From the NCBI RefSeq assembly GCF_000406145.1, contig NZ_CM001976.1, positions 1,797,217 to 1,814,860 of the forward strand: DNA of 17,644 nucleotides, in the 5' to 3' direction. Of this stretch, positions 7,684 through 15,420 are shown in pieces; the first letter of the stretch is position 1, and the number at the start of each line of letters is the position of its first letter. The DNA comes from Dickeya dadantii NCPPB 898. GTDB lineage: Bacteria > Pseudomonadota > Gammaproteobacteria > Enterobacterales > Enterobacteriaceae. Below the pieces are notes generated by a model. It did no database searches, was not told the DNA's origin, and worked only from the letters and a program-made list of their open reading frames with translations. The translations under genes and the position numbers were made by a program.

Positions 7684-7834
7684 CAGCCAGTTGATGAAAA
7701 AAGCAAGCTGGTTGAGGCGGAGAGCTCTTAAGTTTTCTCAGTGCATGGTTTTTAAGGATCAAGTACGAGCGATGTGCTTTATTCATTTAAATCGCGTGCT
7801 ATTTAATAGTAAAATATGTTAATGAGGCCGTATT

Positions 7835-8842
7835 ATGAATATTAAATCTATGTTTCTGACTGCCGCAATGGCGGCCGTCTCAGCCAACAGCTTTGCCGAT
7901 GCTTCACAGCCAGAGCGTCACGTGCAGGAATTTCTCAGTGCCCTGAACGGCGCCGGGGGTAAGCCTATTGAACAGCTGTCTCCACGGGACGCACGACAGG
8001 TGCTGATCAACGCTCAGAAGGGTGCCAAACTGCCTGCTGCCGACGTCGCTGAAAAAACGATCAACGTTGAAGGCGGCTCCATCAAACTTCACATTGTGAA
8101 ACCTAATAACGCACAGGGAATCTTGCCAGTTTTCATGTTCTTCCATGGCGGTGGCTGGATACTGGGCGACTTTGCGACACATGAACGACTCGTCCGTGAT
8201 CTGGTCACCGAGTCCGGTGCAGCAGCCGTCTTTGTCGACTATACACCATCGCCGGAAGCGCATTTCCCGGTTGCGATTAATCAGGCCTATGCAGCAACCC
8301 GCTGGGTTGCCGAGCACGGTAGCGAGATTGGCGTTGACGGCAGTCGCCTGGCGCTGGTAGGTAACAGCGTCGGCGGTAACATGGTTGCTGCCGTAGCGCT
8401 CCAGGCCAAGCAACATAAAGCGCCGGCCATCCGCTATGAGGTCATGCTCTGGCCCGTGACTGACGCGAACTTCAATACTGGTTCTTATAACCAGTATGAG
8501 AACGGGTACTTCCTGTCGCGTAATATGATGAAGTGGTTCTGGGATGCATACACCACTAAAGAAGGCGATCGTAATAACATCCTGGCGTCGCCGCTGCGCG
8601 CAACGCCTGAACAACTGAAGGGACTGCCGCCCACTCTGATTCAGACTGCCGAACTTGACGTACTGCGCGACGAAGGCGAGGCTTTTGGCCGCAAGCTTGA
8701 TGCCGCTGGCGTCAACGTGACGGTTACCCGCTACAACGGGTTAATTCATGATTTCGGTCTGCTGAACGCGCTGAGCGACGTGCCTGCCGTGCGGACCGCA
8801 CTTGGTCAGGCCGCCTATGAACTGAAAGAACACCTGAAGTAA
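7835..8842 (+). CDS. Alpha/beta-hydrolase-fold esterase/lipase (hormone-sensitive-lipase-like, family IV) with an N-terminal signal peptide
   Basis: Motifs: HGGGW oxyanion motif (FMFFHGGGWILGD), nucleophile elbow GNSVGG (GxSxG), the late acidic residue in ELDVLRDEG, and His in GLIHDF. The N-terminus MNIKSMFLTAAMAAVSANSFA looks like a Sec signal peptide. Confidence 0.85.
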   Translation: MNIKSMFLTAAMAAVSANSFADASQPERHVQEFLSALNGAGGKPIEQLSPRDARQVLINAQKGAKLPAADVAEKTINVEGGSIKLHIVKPNNAQGILPVFMFFHGGGWILGDFATHERLVRDLVTESGAAAVFVDYTPSPEAHFPVAINQAYAATRWVAEHGSEIGVDGSRLALVGNSVGGNMVAAVALQAKQHKAPAIRYEVMLWPVTDANFNTGSYNQYENGYFLSRNMMKWFWDAYTTKEGDRNNILASPLRATPEQLKGLPPTLIQTAELDVLRDEGEAFGRKLDAAGVNVTVTRYNGLIHDFGLLNALSDVPAVRTALGQAAYELKEHLK

Positions 8843-8853
8843 CTGCCAGCTAG

Positions 8854-8882
8854 CCGGTCGGTTTCATCGACCGGTCGTTTTT
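8854..8882 (+). terminator. Rho-independent terminator after the esterase gene
   Basis: CCGGTCG (8854-8860) / CGACCGG (8868-8874), followed by TCGTTTTT. Confidence 0.7.
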
Positions 8883-9058
8883 GCCCTCTGTCCGTTGTCC
8901 GGGTTAGCGCGGAAATTTTTTGGAACCGGACTATTGAGTATTTACATACTTCCCCCCGTTAAGCGTGCGACCTGTTACTTATCGGGGGCTTTTTTCGACA
9001 CAGTAATAACGACAAGGAGCCGATTGTACGGCATGCCGTTCCGCTGCAGGTAACGAAG

Positions 9059-9783
9059 TCATATACCTGTCTGGCGGTAGCGTGACTCGAGTTTGTCGAG
9101 AAAAGTGAATAATGCTCTGTTCATTTCGCTGTAGTCGTGGCTCCGTAATTCTTCCGGTGTCTGAACGAATCGATATTCTGCGGCCCGACGTAAATCCCTG
9201 TCGGAATGCGCGATCAGCAATTCGACAAGGGACGGTGTAAGTTCCATATGGCACTGAAACCCGTAGACCAGCTCAGAATAAGCAACTATCTGTCGTGGGC
9301 AACCTTCGCTGTAGGCGACGATCTCCGCCGCGGGCGTAAGTCCCGGCATGTCGTTATGCCAGTGCCCGACATCGAGCTTATTACCGAAGTGAGAAAACAG
9401 CGGGTTCCGTTCGCTTTCTGCGGTCATAAAAACTGGAAACTTGCCGATCTCTTTTTCCGGGCTGTGCGCGAAGCGTGCGCCCAGGGCTTCCCCGATCAGC
9501 TGGGCACCAAGGCAGACGCCGATGACGGCTTTCCCCAGATGTACTACAGAGGCAATAAGTGCCTGTTCAGCTCTTGAGTCAAAATGTGCACATTCATCAG
9601 GCGTGACGGACGGATCCTGCGGCCCCCCATGACTACCAGCAGATCGATATTCCGTGCATCTTCAGGAAGTTTCTGACCCGCATAAACGCGAGAGAAGGTT
9701 ACCTCATGGCCACGAATCATGGCCCAGGTTTCAAACACGCCGGGTGCTTCAAAGTGTTCATGCACAATAAAATGTACTCGCAT
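9059..9783 (-). pseudogene. Class-I glutamine amidotransferase (GATase1-like), interrupted by a 1-nt frameshift
   Basis: The N-terminal ORF (9783-9544) reads MRVHFIVHEHFEAPG...IDLLVVMGG and then turns to nonsense. Shifting frame at about 9620-9622 restores ..MGG(P)QDPSVTPDECAHFDSRAEQALI..GKAVIGVCLGAQLIGEALGA..FPVFMTAESERNPLF. That runs into the second track ORF (9427-9059), which carries the HMEL catalytic-His region. Confidence 0.8.
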
Positions 9784-9873
9784 AGGCTTATATCCTTCAG
9801 AATCTTGATAAGTAATTAAGTCAGGCGCATATCACCCCCTGCGAAATACCGGTCGGGTAACGCCAGTCGGGAC

Positions 9874-10668
9874 ATGATAGATGTGAGGTTTGATTTTGAA
9901 ATGTCAGTAAGCATCGATAAAACGCCAAGGCACGATGACTCAACAGGCTGGTCGGCGACCGCTATTTCCTACCGGCGTGGGGAAGAAGATCCCCCTCATT
10001 ATCACCTGGAAGGGCAACTTTTATACGCTAGCAGCGGCGTTCTGCTGGTTGAGGCCGCGGGCAGGCGATGGGTTATTCCCCCTCAACGGGCGCTCTGGCT
10101 GCCGCCGTTGATGGAACACTCATACAGACTTCTGTCGCGTACGGAGCTACGTGCAGTTTACTTCAGCGGTAGCCTGATTTCTGAGTGCGCACATTTCGCA
10201 AAGAATGACCGGGTACATGTGATCGACGTGGTTCCGCTGGTAAAGGAATTAATAGCTGGCCTGTTTATAAATGATTACCACACGCTGACGAAGCGAAAAA
10301 TGGCGCTTTTACTTCTGGAAATTATCGGTGAGGCACCATCCGTACCCGCAGAACTACCGATGCCGCAGGATGACCGATTATTCCGTGCTATAGGAGAGCT
10401 GATGTCCAGCCATCGCTGGGAAACCTCGTTAACCGATATGGCTGACATAGCAAACATGTCGGAAAGGTCTTTCTCCCGCCTGTTTTCACGTGATACGGGG
10501 TTCAGCTTCCGGACATGGAAGCAGCGCGCAAGAATATACGCATCACTGGATCTTCTTTCTGAAAACGTACCTGTAAAACAGATTGCCTGGCAGCTTGGTT
10601 TTTCATCACCGGCCGCATTTTCCGCTGCGTTTCGTGCAGTTATGGGCCTGACTCCCGGTGAGTTTTGA
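9874..10668 (+). CDS. AraC-family transcriptional regulator (N-terminal cupin-like sensor + C-terminal HTH)
   Basis: The C-terminus ..LTDMADIANMSERSFSRLFSRDTGFSFRTWKQRARIYASLDLL..VKQIAWQLGFSSPAAFSAAFRAVMGLTPGEF is the AraC double HTH. The gene is divergent from the GATase pseudogene. The start is ambiguous: ATG 9874 or ATG 9901. Confidence 0.85.
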   Translation: MIDVRFDFEMSVSIDKTPRHDDSTGWSATAISYRRGEEDPPHYHLEGQLLYASSGVLLVEAAGRRWVIPPQRALWLPPLMEHSYRLLSRTELRAVYFSGSLISECAHFAKNDRVHVIDVVPLVKELIAGLFINDYHTLTKRKMALLLLEIIGEAPSVPAELPMPQDDRLFRAIGELMSSHRWETSLTDMADIANMSERSFSRLFSRDTGFSFRTWKQRARIYASLDLLSENVPVKQIAWQLGFSSPAAFSAAFRAVMGLTPGEF

Positions 10669-10780
10669 CGGAGGTTCAGTTGGGGGGACGGTGACAAATC
10701 GGGTATTGACGCTATCCGGCACAGTGTCGATGCTGACGCCGCGACTATCAGGTGTTAAACGAAAAGAGACGGAACACACC

Positions 10781-10822
10781 GCGACTGAAAACGTAGGCGG
10801 CCCGGCTTTTCAGTCGCCGGGC
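10781..10822. other. Two overlapping, mutually exclusive hairpins between the convergent AraC and cynS genes
   Basis: H1 is a perfect 11-bp stem, GCGACTGAAAA (10781-10791) / TTTTCAGTCGC (10807-10817). H2 is a perfect 7-bp stem, GCCCGGC (10800-10806) / GCCGGGC (10816-10822). Neither has a clean T-tract in either orientation. Confidence 0.4.
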
Positions 10823-10837
10823 TGAATTCTGAGAGGA

Positions 10838-11308
10838 TCAGAAAGGTTTGGTCGGCAGGTACTTGCCGTCCAGGGTGATCACCGCACGATGGCCACCATC
10901 CGGATCATCAACTTTCTTGATATCCAGTTTGAAGTTAATGGCGCTGATAATGCCGTCGCCAAATTTCTCATGAACCAGAGCCTTAAGAGTAGGCCCGTAA
11001 ACTGACATCATCTCGTAGAAACGGTAGATTGTCGGATCGGTCGGGATGCCATCGGTAAAGCTGCCGCGGACGGGTACTGACTGCAACAGTTTAACGTCAT
11101 CAGCATTCAGATCGAGCTTCTTGCCGACAACGACTGCTGCGTCGGCAGGCAACGGATGCTGACCAAGCAGGGCTGCAGTAACGAAGGCTTCTGACAAACC
11201 TGTGCCGTCAACGATTTCGGAGAAGGAGAGTTCCTTGCGTGCCTTAGCCAGAATAATGGTTTCGGTGAGTGCCTGACGTGCGGCCTGAGTGACTTGAATC
11301 TGGATCAT
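10838..11308 (-). CDS. cynS: Cyanase (cyanate hydratase)
   Basis: A 156-aa ORF nearly colinear with E. coli CynS as I remember it (..[59 protein letters not shown]). Confidence 0.95.
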   Translation of the reverse strand: MIQIQVTQAARQALTETIILAKARKELSFSEIVDGTGLSEAFVTAALLGQHPLPADAAVVVGKKLDLNADDVKLLQSVPVRGSFTDGIPTDPTIYRFYEMMSVYGPTLKALVHEKFGDGIISAINFKLDIKKVDDPDGGHRAVITLDGKYLPTKPF

Positions 11309-11335
11309 GGTCTTTTCTCCTGGTAAGTAAGGGGT

Positions 11336-11995
11336 TCAGGCAACATGCCTGGCTTGCGAGGAAACGGCGTTAACTTCTGGATTTTCAGCAAGGGACACGA
11401 AGGCGCGGGTTGTGCCATCAAAAGTATCAATGCAACCACTCCCAATGTCATAGAGCCAGCCGTGCAGAGTTACCCGGCCTTCTTCAAGCGCCAGGCGAAC
11501 GGATGGGTGAGTCTGGATGTTAGCCAACTGAGCGATGACGTTTTCGCGCACCATAGCCGCGACTTTGGTTGGCTGATCCGGATGAGGTCGGGATTCGTTC
11601 ACGACTCTGGCCGAGTCAGCATATAGCAGCCAGTTGGCAACGGCGGGCATATGATCCAGACACTTGCAGGTGGCGATGGCCGTCATTGCCCCGCAGTCGG
11701 AATGGCCACAGATCACGATGTCGGCCACTTTAAGTGCGGCGATAGCGTATTCGACGGACGCGGAAACACCGCCAGGCTCCGGGCCATACGACGGCACAAT
11801 ATTGCCGGCGTTGCGGATCACGAACAGGTCGCCGGGCTCGCGTTGAGTGACCAGCTCCGGAACCAGTCGGCTATCAGAGCAGGAAATGAATAACGCTCTC
11901 GGATTCTGTTGGGTGGCAAGGTCCCTGAACAGTTTGATCCGCTTGGGAAAAGCGTCTTTCTGGAACTTTAGAAAGCCGTCAATGATCTCTTTCAT
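11336..11995 (-). CDS. cynT: Beta-class carbonic anhydrase of the cyn operon
   Basis: From ATG 11995 the sequence reads [63 protein letters not shown]. This matches E. coli CynT, including its N-terminus. The track start (TTG 12040) adds 15 unsupported codons. Confidence 0.92.
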   Translation of the reverse strand: MKEIIDGFLKFQKDAFPKRIKLFRDLATQQNPRALFISCSDSRLVPELVTQREPGDLFVIRNAGNIVPSYGPEPGGVSASVEYAIAALKVADIVICGHSDCGAMTAIATCKCLDHMPAVANWLLYADSARVVNESRPHPDQPTKVAAMVRENVIAQLANIQTHPSVRLALEEGRVTLHGWLYDIGSGCIDTFDGTTRAFVSLAENPEVNAVSSQARHVA

Positions 11996-12105
11996 GGGGG
12001 CTGTCTCAATGTCGCTGGGTGTGGGATGAATACTAAGCAACGCATTGCATAAGGTAAAGGTCTCATTTATTATAAAATCAATCAGATAATCTAATGGGGT
12101 CGGTA
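11996..12105. promoter_or_regulatory. Divergent cynR / cynTS control region
   Basis: A 110-bp AT-rich intergenic region between divergent starts. A perfect TATAAT reads on the minus strand at 12069-12074 with a poor -35, as expected for an activator-dependent promoter. It overlaps TATAAA on the plus strand (12071-12076). The LysR-type CynR is known to bind this region in E. coli. Confidence 0.5.
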
Positions 12106-12993
12106 ATGCTCGCCCGGCACATTCAGTATTTTCTTGCGGTAGCAGAACATCTCAGCTTCACGAAAGCTGCAGCGGCGCTGCACGTATCCCAACCCGCTCT
12201 TTCACAGCAGGTAAAGTTACTGGAAGAAAGCCTTGGTGCTCAGTTGTTTGACCGTTCAGGACGCACGACACGTCTGACTGATGCCGGAGAGGTTTATCTT
12301 CAGTATGCCCGTCGCGCTTCTCAGGAGCTGCGGGAAGCTACACGCGCCATTCATGATGTGAGCAACCTCAGCCGTGGATCACTGCGCGTGGCCGTGACGC
12401 CTACCTTTACAACTTATCTGGTGGGACCTGTGGTCGAGGCATTCCACGACCAATATCCAAAGATTACTCTCAGCGTGCAGGAAATTTCCCAGGAACGTAT
12501 GGAGGAGTTGCTTCTGGCAGGAGAGCTGGATGTAGGAATTGCGTTTGAGCCAGTCAACAGTCCTGATATCGAATCGGTCCCATTGCTGGATGAGACTCTG
12601 GCTCTGGTGGTCAGCCTCAGGCACCCACTGTCAAAGGTAAAATCTGTGGAATTGCAGACTCTGAGCGCCGAGTCACTCGTTTTGCTCAGTACGGATTTCG
12701 CGACGCGTGAACAGATCGATCGTTACTTCCGCAAGCATGAAATTAATCCTCAGGTGCTGATGGAGGCCAACGCTCTCGGTGCGGTGATAGAAATTGTTCG
12801 CTGGACATCTTTGTCGACGTTGTTACCCGCAAAGACTGCCTTCGCCCAGGACGATCTGGTGGCCATTGCACTGGAGCCAGAGCGGCTGCAACGTACAGCC
12901 GTCCTTATGAGGCGCAAGGATGCCTATCTGAGCTCCGCGACCCAGGCTTTCACAGCATTAACAGTAGACATTTCCGGCAAGCTAATTGTCTGA
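12106..12993 (+). CDS. cynR: LysR-family activator of the cyn operon
   Basis: From ATG 12106 the sequence reads [64 protein letters not shown]... This is colinear with E. coli CynR as recalled, and the gene is divergent from cynT. Confidence 0.88.
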   Translation: MLARHIQYFLAVAEHLSFTKAAAALHVSQPALSQQVKLLEESLGAQLFDRSGRTTRLTDAGEVYLQYARRASQELREATRAIHDVSNLSRGSLRVAVTPTFTTYLVGPVVEAFHDQYPKITLSVQEISQERMEELLLAGELDVGIAFEPVNSPDIESVPLLDETLALVVSLRHPLSKVKSVELQTLSAESLVLLSTDFATREQIDRYFRKHEINPQVLMEANALGAVIEIVRWTSLSTLLPAKTAFAQDDLVAIALEPERLQRTAVLMRRKDAYLSSATQAFTALTVDISGKLIV

Positions 12994-13079
12994 TCTACTA
13001 GAGTTCCGGTCCAGACGGGAGATAACCACGCTAACTTGTCAGCAACACTGATATAAGACCGCAAAGCGGTCATTAAGCG

Positions 13080-13505
13080 GTGTTGTTGACATATGTGCAT
13101 AATCCGGTCACGTGGGTTGATCCGTTTGGGCTAACCAGCTGTGAACTGGCGAAAAAAATGGAAAACGCAGGGACCCCGAGGCCTGTAAATTCAGCAGCGC
13201 ATCATATTGTTGGAGAAACCTCCAAAGGTGCTAAGCCAGCCAGAGATGTTCTGAATAAGCATAAAATAGATATAAATGGAGCTGATAACGGAGTTTTCCT
13301 GCCAAACAGAAATAATACAGATGGATTATCAGGGATACTTCATAACGGCAGACATCCAGATGACTATTTGGCGGCGGTAAACAAAAGAATTGTTCAGGCT
13401 GATATTTTGGGCGGTAAGAAAGAAGTTATTGAAGAGATCGGAAGGATTAGAGACATTCTTTCCTCCGCTAGTCGAGATGCAAGTTGGAGTAATGTTCTAC
13501 TATGA
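13080..13505 (+). CDS. Orphan Rhs C-terminal fragment: residual core end (..HNPVTWVDPFGL) + AHH-type HNH/EndoVII nuclease toxin domain
   Basis: An in-frame TAA at 13074-13076 leaves only 13 core-like codons before DPFGL (13119-13133). The AHH motif is in NSAAHHIVGE (13197-13205), with downstream ..NGVFLP....LHNGRHPDDY.. typical of AHH nucleases. There is no ATG before the DPFGL motif (the track uses GTG 13080). The region is strongly AT-rich. Confidence 0.8.
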   Translation: MLLTYVHNPVTWVDPFGLTSCELAKKMENAGTPRPVNSAAHHIVGETSKGAKPARDVLNKHKIDINGADNGVFLPNRNNTDGLSGILHNGRHPDDYLAAVNKRIVQADILGGKKEVIEEIGRIRDILSSASRDASWSNVLL

Positions 13506-14059
13506 AGATATATTTATTGCATTCAAGCTCCATGAAGTCTTGTTCATTTATTCAGGACTATCCAGATGGAGAGAGAAGTATTATTGGCGTGGCAATGATG
13601 AGACGCTGGAAACCATTTTATAACGACTACAATGAAATAAAGTTGGAACTGAGAAAGAATGACAAAGGGAAAAAAAATTATCAATTTGATTTCAGTGGAA
13701 CCTTGAGTCCTTTTTTTGTGTTTAGCGAGACAGCAATAAAGGTGTTGGATGATATATTGAGCCCGAGAGGTGAAATCTTGACGGTGTCAACGGAAAGCAA
13801 GAAAAAGGTTTTTTGGGGCTATTATCCCACTAATAGTTTGCATGGGTGTTTTGATAGGGACCGCTCTATATATCACGAAGTTGAAAACGGCCTCATAATT
13901 GAGAAGCCAATCCTTATTTCATCAAATATTACTGATGATTATCTTTTTTCTATAGAAGAAGATATAGGGAGAGTTTTCGTAACAGATAAGTTTAAACAGC
14001 GTGTTGAAGAGGCGAACTTGATTGGATTTGATTTTTCCATTGAGATTCAAACCTCATAA
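13502..14059 (+). CDS. Putative immunity protein for the AHH nuclease (Imm11/DUF1629-like by recalled pattern)
   Basis: ATG 13502 overlaps the toxin stop (ATGA 13502-13505). It encodes 185 aa, is very AT-rich, and is followed by a strong terminator. The C-terminal ..GRVFVTDKFKQRVEEANLIGFDF.. resembles DUF1629-type immunity proteins. Confidence 0.68.
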   Translation: MKIYLLHSSSMKSCSFIQDYPDGERSIIGVAMMRRWKPFYNDYNEIKLELRKNDKGKKNYQFDFSGTLSPFFVFSETAIKVLDDILSPRGEILTVSTESKKKVFWGYYPTNSLHGCFDRDRSIYHEVENGLIIEKPILISSNITDDYLFSIEEDIGRVFVTDKFKQRVEEANLIGFDFSIEIQTS

Positions 14060-14103
14060 TGCAGAAATAAACCCCGGTAGGCCGGAGAATCTCAGAATGT
14101 AAG

Positions 14104-14141
14104 GCCGGAAGCGGTTCTAACGATCCTTCCGGCTGTTTTTT
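14104..14141 (+). terminator. Rho-independent terminator after the orphan immunity gene
   Basis: A perfect 8-bp stem, GCCGGAAG (14104-14111) / CTTCCGGC (14126-14133), followed by TGTTTTTT. Confidence 0.75.
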
Positions 14142-14174
14142 ATGCTGTTTAGTTCAACAATCATATATTAGGCT

Positions 14175-14789
14175 GTGTCCCTTAATTCAGATTCACTTGC
14201 GGCGTTACAGGCGCTGGGCAGCGAACAGGCGGCGTTTGGTTACGTCACCACCACCGTGACCGTATTGGCCGATGAGGCGGAGGACGCGGAGGAAAAACGG
14301 CGCCAGACCGAGCAGGTGATCCAGGGGCGGGGCTTCGTAACCTGTCCGGAGCGGCTGAACGCGGTGGACGCCTGGCTGTCGTCGGTGCCCGGCCAGGTGT
14401 ATGCCAATGTGTGCCAGCCGATCATTTCCACCCTCAATCTGGCGCACCTGATCCCGCTGTCGGCGGTCTGGGCCGGGCCGGAGAACAATGCTCACCTTGA
14501 CGGGCCGCCACTTATCGTGACCCGGACCGATGGCGCCACGCTGTTTCGGCTGGTGACGCACATTGGCGACGTGGGGCATACGCTGGTGGTGGGGCCCACC
14601 GGGATGGGTAAATCGGTGCTGCTGGCCATGCTGGCGATGCAGTTTCGTCGCTATCCCGGCTCGCGCGTATTTCTTTTTGATGTCGGCCGTTCGTTGCGGG
14701 CCACCACGCTGGGGCTGGGGGGCGAGCATTATGATCTGGGGGCAGACGGGGCGATCGCGTTTCAGCCGCTGGCCCGGATCGATCAGGAA
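14175..14789 (+). pseudogene. Internal fragment of a TrbE/VirB4-family conjugation ATPase
   Basis: ..AAFGYVTTTVTVLADE..RGFVTCPERLNAVDAWLSSVPGQ..NLAHLIPLSAVWAG..GHTLVVGPTGMGKSVLLAMLAMQFRRYPGSRVFLFDVGRS..FQPLARIDQEG. Walker A GPTGMGKS is at 14592-14615. An in-frame stop lies just upstream (14169-14171). The N-terminal ~half and C-terminal ~half of a normal VirB4 are absent. Confidence 0.8.
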
Positions 14790-15249
14790 GGCTGTGGCCC
14801 CGGCGGTGACGACGTACCAGCCCAGCGAGGCACAAATCGCCTACCATCTGGCGCGTTTTATCACACTGGTGCGTTCACTCTCGCTTGACCCGGTCGTGGT
14901 GCGGCAGAACTGGCTGGAGGCGTATGCCTATACCACCGATCAGGGTGCTGCGGTGCTCAACGCCTATGCCCGCGCCCAGGATCCCTTTGGCCGTATTGGT
15001 AACGAGTCTGTCACGGTGCAGATTGCCAGTGTGGTGCGCTCCAGCGATCGATCGTTTGAAGTGCGCTGGAGCGAACAACACTTTGTCCACGGCACTCCGT
15101 CGGAGACCGAACGCTGGACTGCCATGCTGACCGTTGTGCAGCACACGCCGCGTACCGAGCAGCAGTTACGGCTGAACCCGTTGGGCATTTATATCAACGG
15201 GCTGTCGTGGAGCCGGGAACTGGCGATGCCGGAAGGCGGTCAGCCATGA
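14790..15249 (+). pseudogene. C-terminal fragment of a TrbF/VirB8-family protein, joined out of frame to the VirB4 fragment
   Basis: In the frame of track ORF 14563..15249, from about 14790: AVAPAVTTYQPSEAQIAYHLARFITLVRSLSLDPVVVRQNW..DPFGRIG..VTVQIASVV..SFEVRWSEQ..WTAMLTVV..LRLNPLGIYINGLSWSRELA. This is the periplasmic NTF2-like domain of TrbF/VirB8. The N-terminal membrane anchor is missing. Confidence 0.75.
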
Positions 15250-15415
15250 GAACGTGGTGGTATTACGGTCCTGTCTGTTACCTGATACTGGCACTGATCG
15301 GGTGTCGTGGTATGGGAAACCGGCCACCGGTTGTCGATCTGGACGAGCCGGCTCCGACAGCCTCGGTTCCGATGCCTCCGGCCTCCATAGTGGTGGGGAA
15401 GGGGGAGAACGGAGC
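15246..15415 (+). pseudogene. Probable N-terminal stub of a TrbG/VirB9-family lipoprotein
   Basis: The ATG overlaps the preceding stop (ATGA 15246-15249). MRTWWYYGPVCYLILALIGC has a lipobox (LIGC), followed by a Pro-rich stretch PPVVDLDEPAPTASVPMPPASIVV. The gene order (after trbF) fits trbG. The frame then dissolves into the VirB10 fragment. Confidence 0.4.
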
Positions 15416-15420
15416 GCCTT

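Noticed and set aside
10669-10837. A search for a cynX remnant downstream of cynS.
   Set aside because: I could not read a membrane-protein-like frame on the minus strand. The region is only 169 nt and is dominated by hairpins.
13390-13623. A + strand 77-aa ORF spanning the orphan toxin/immunity junction.
   Set aside because: It is out of frame with both well-supported ORFs and is an AT-rich chance ORF.
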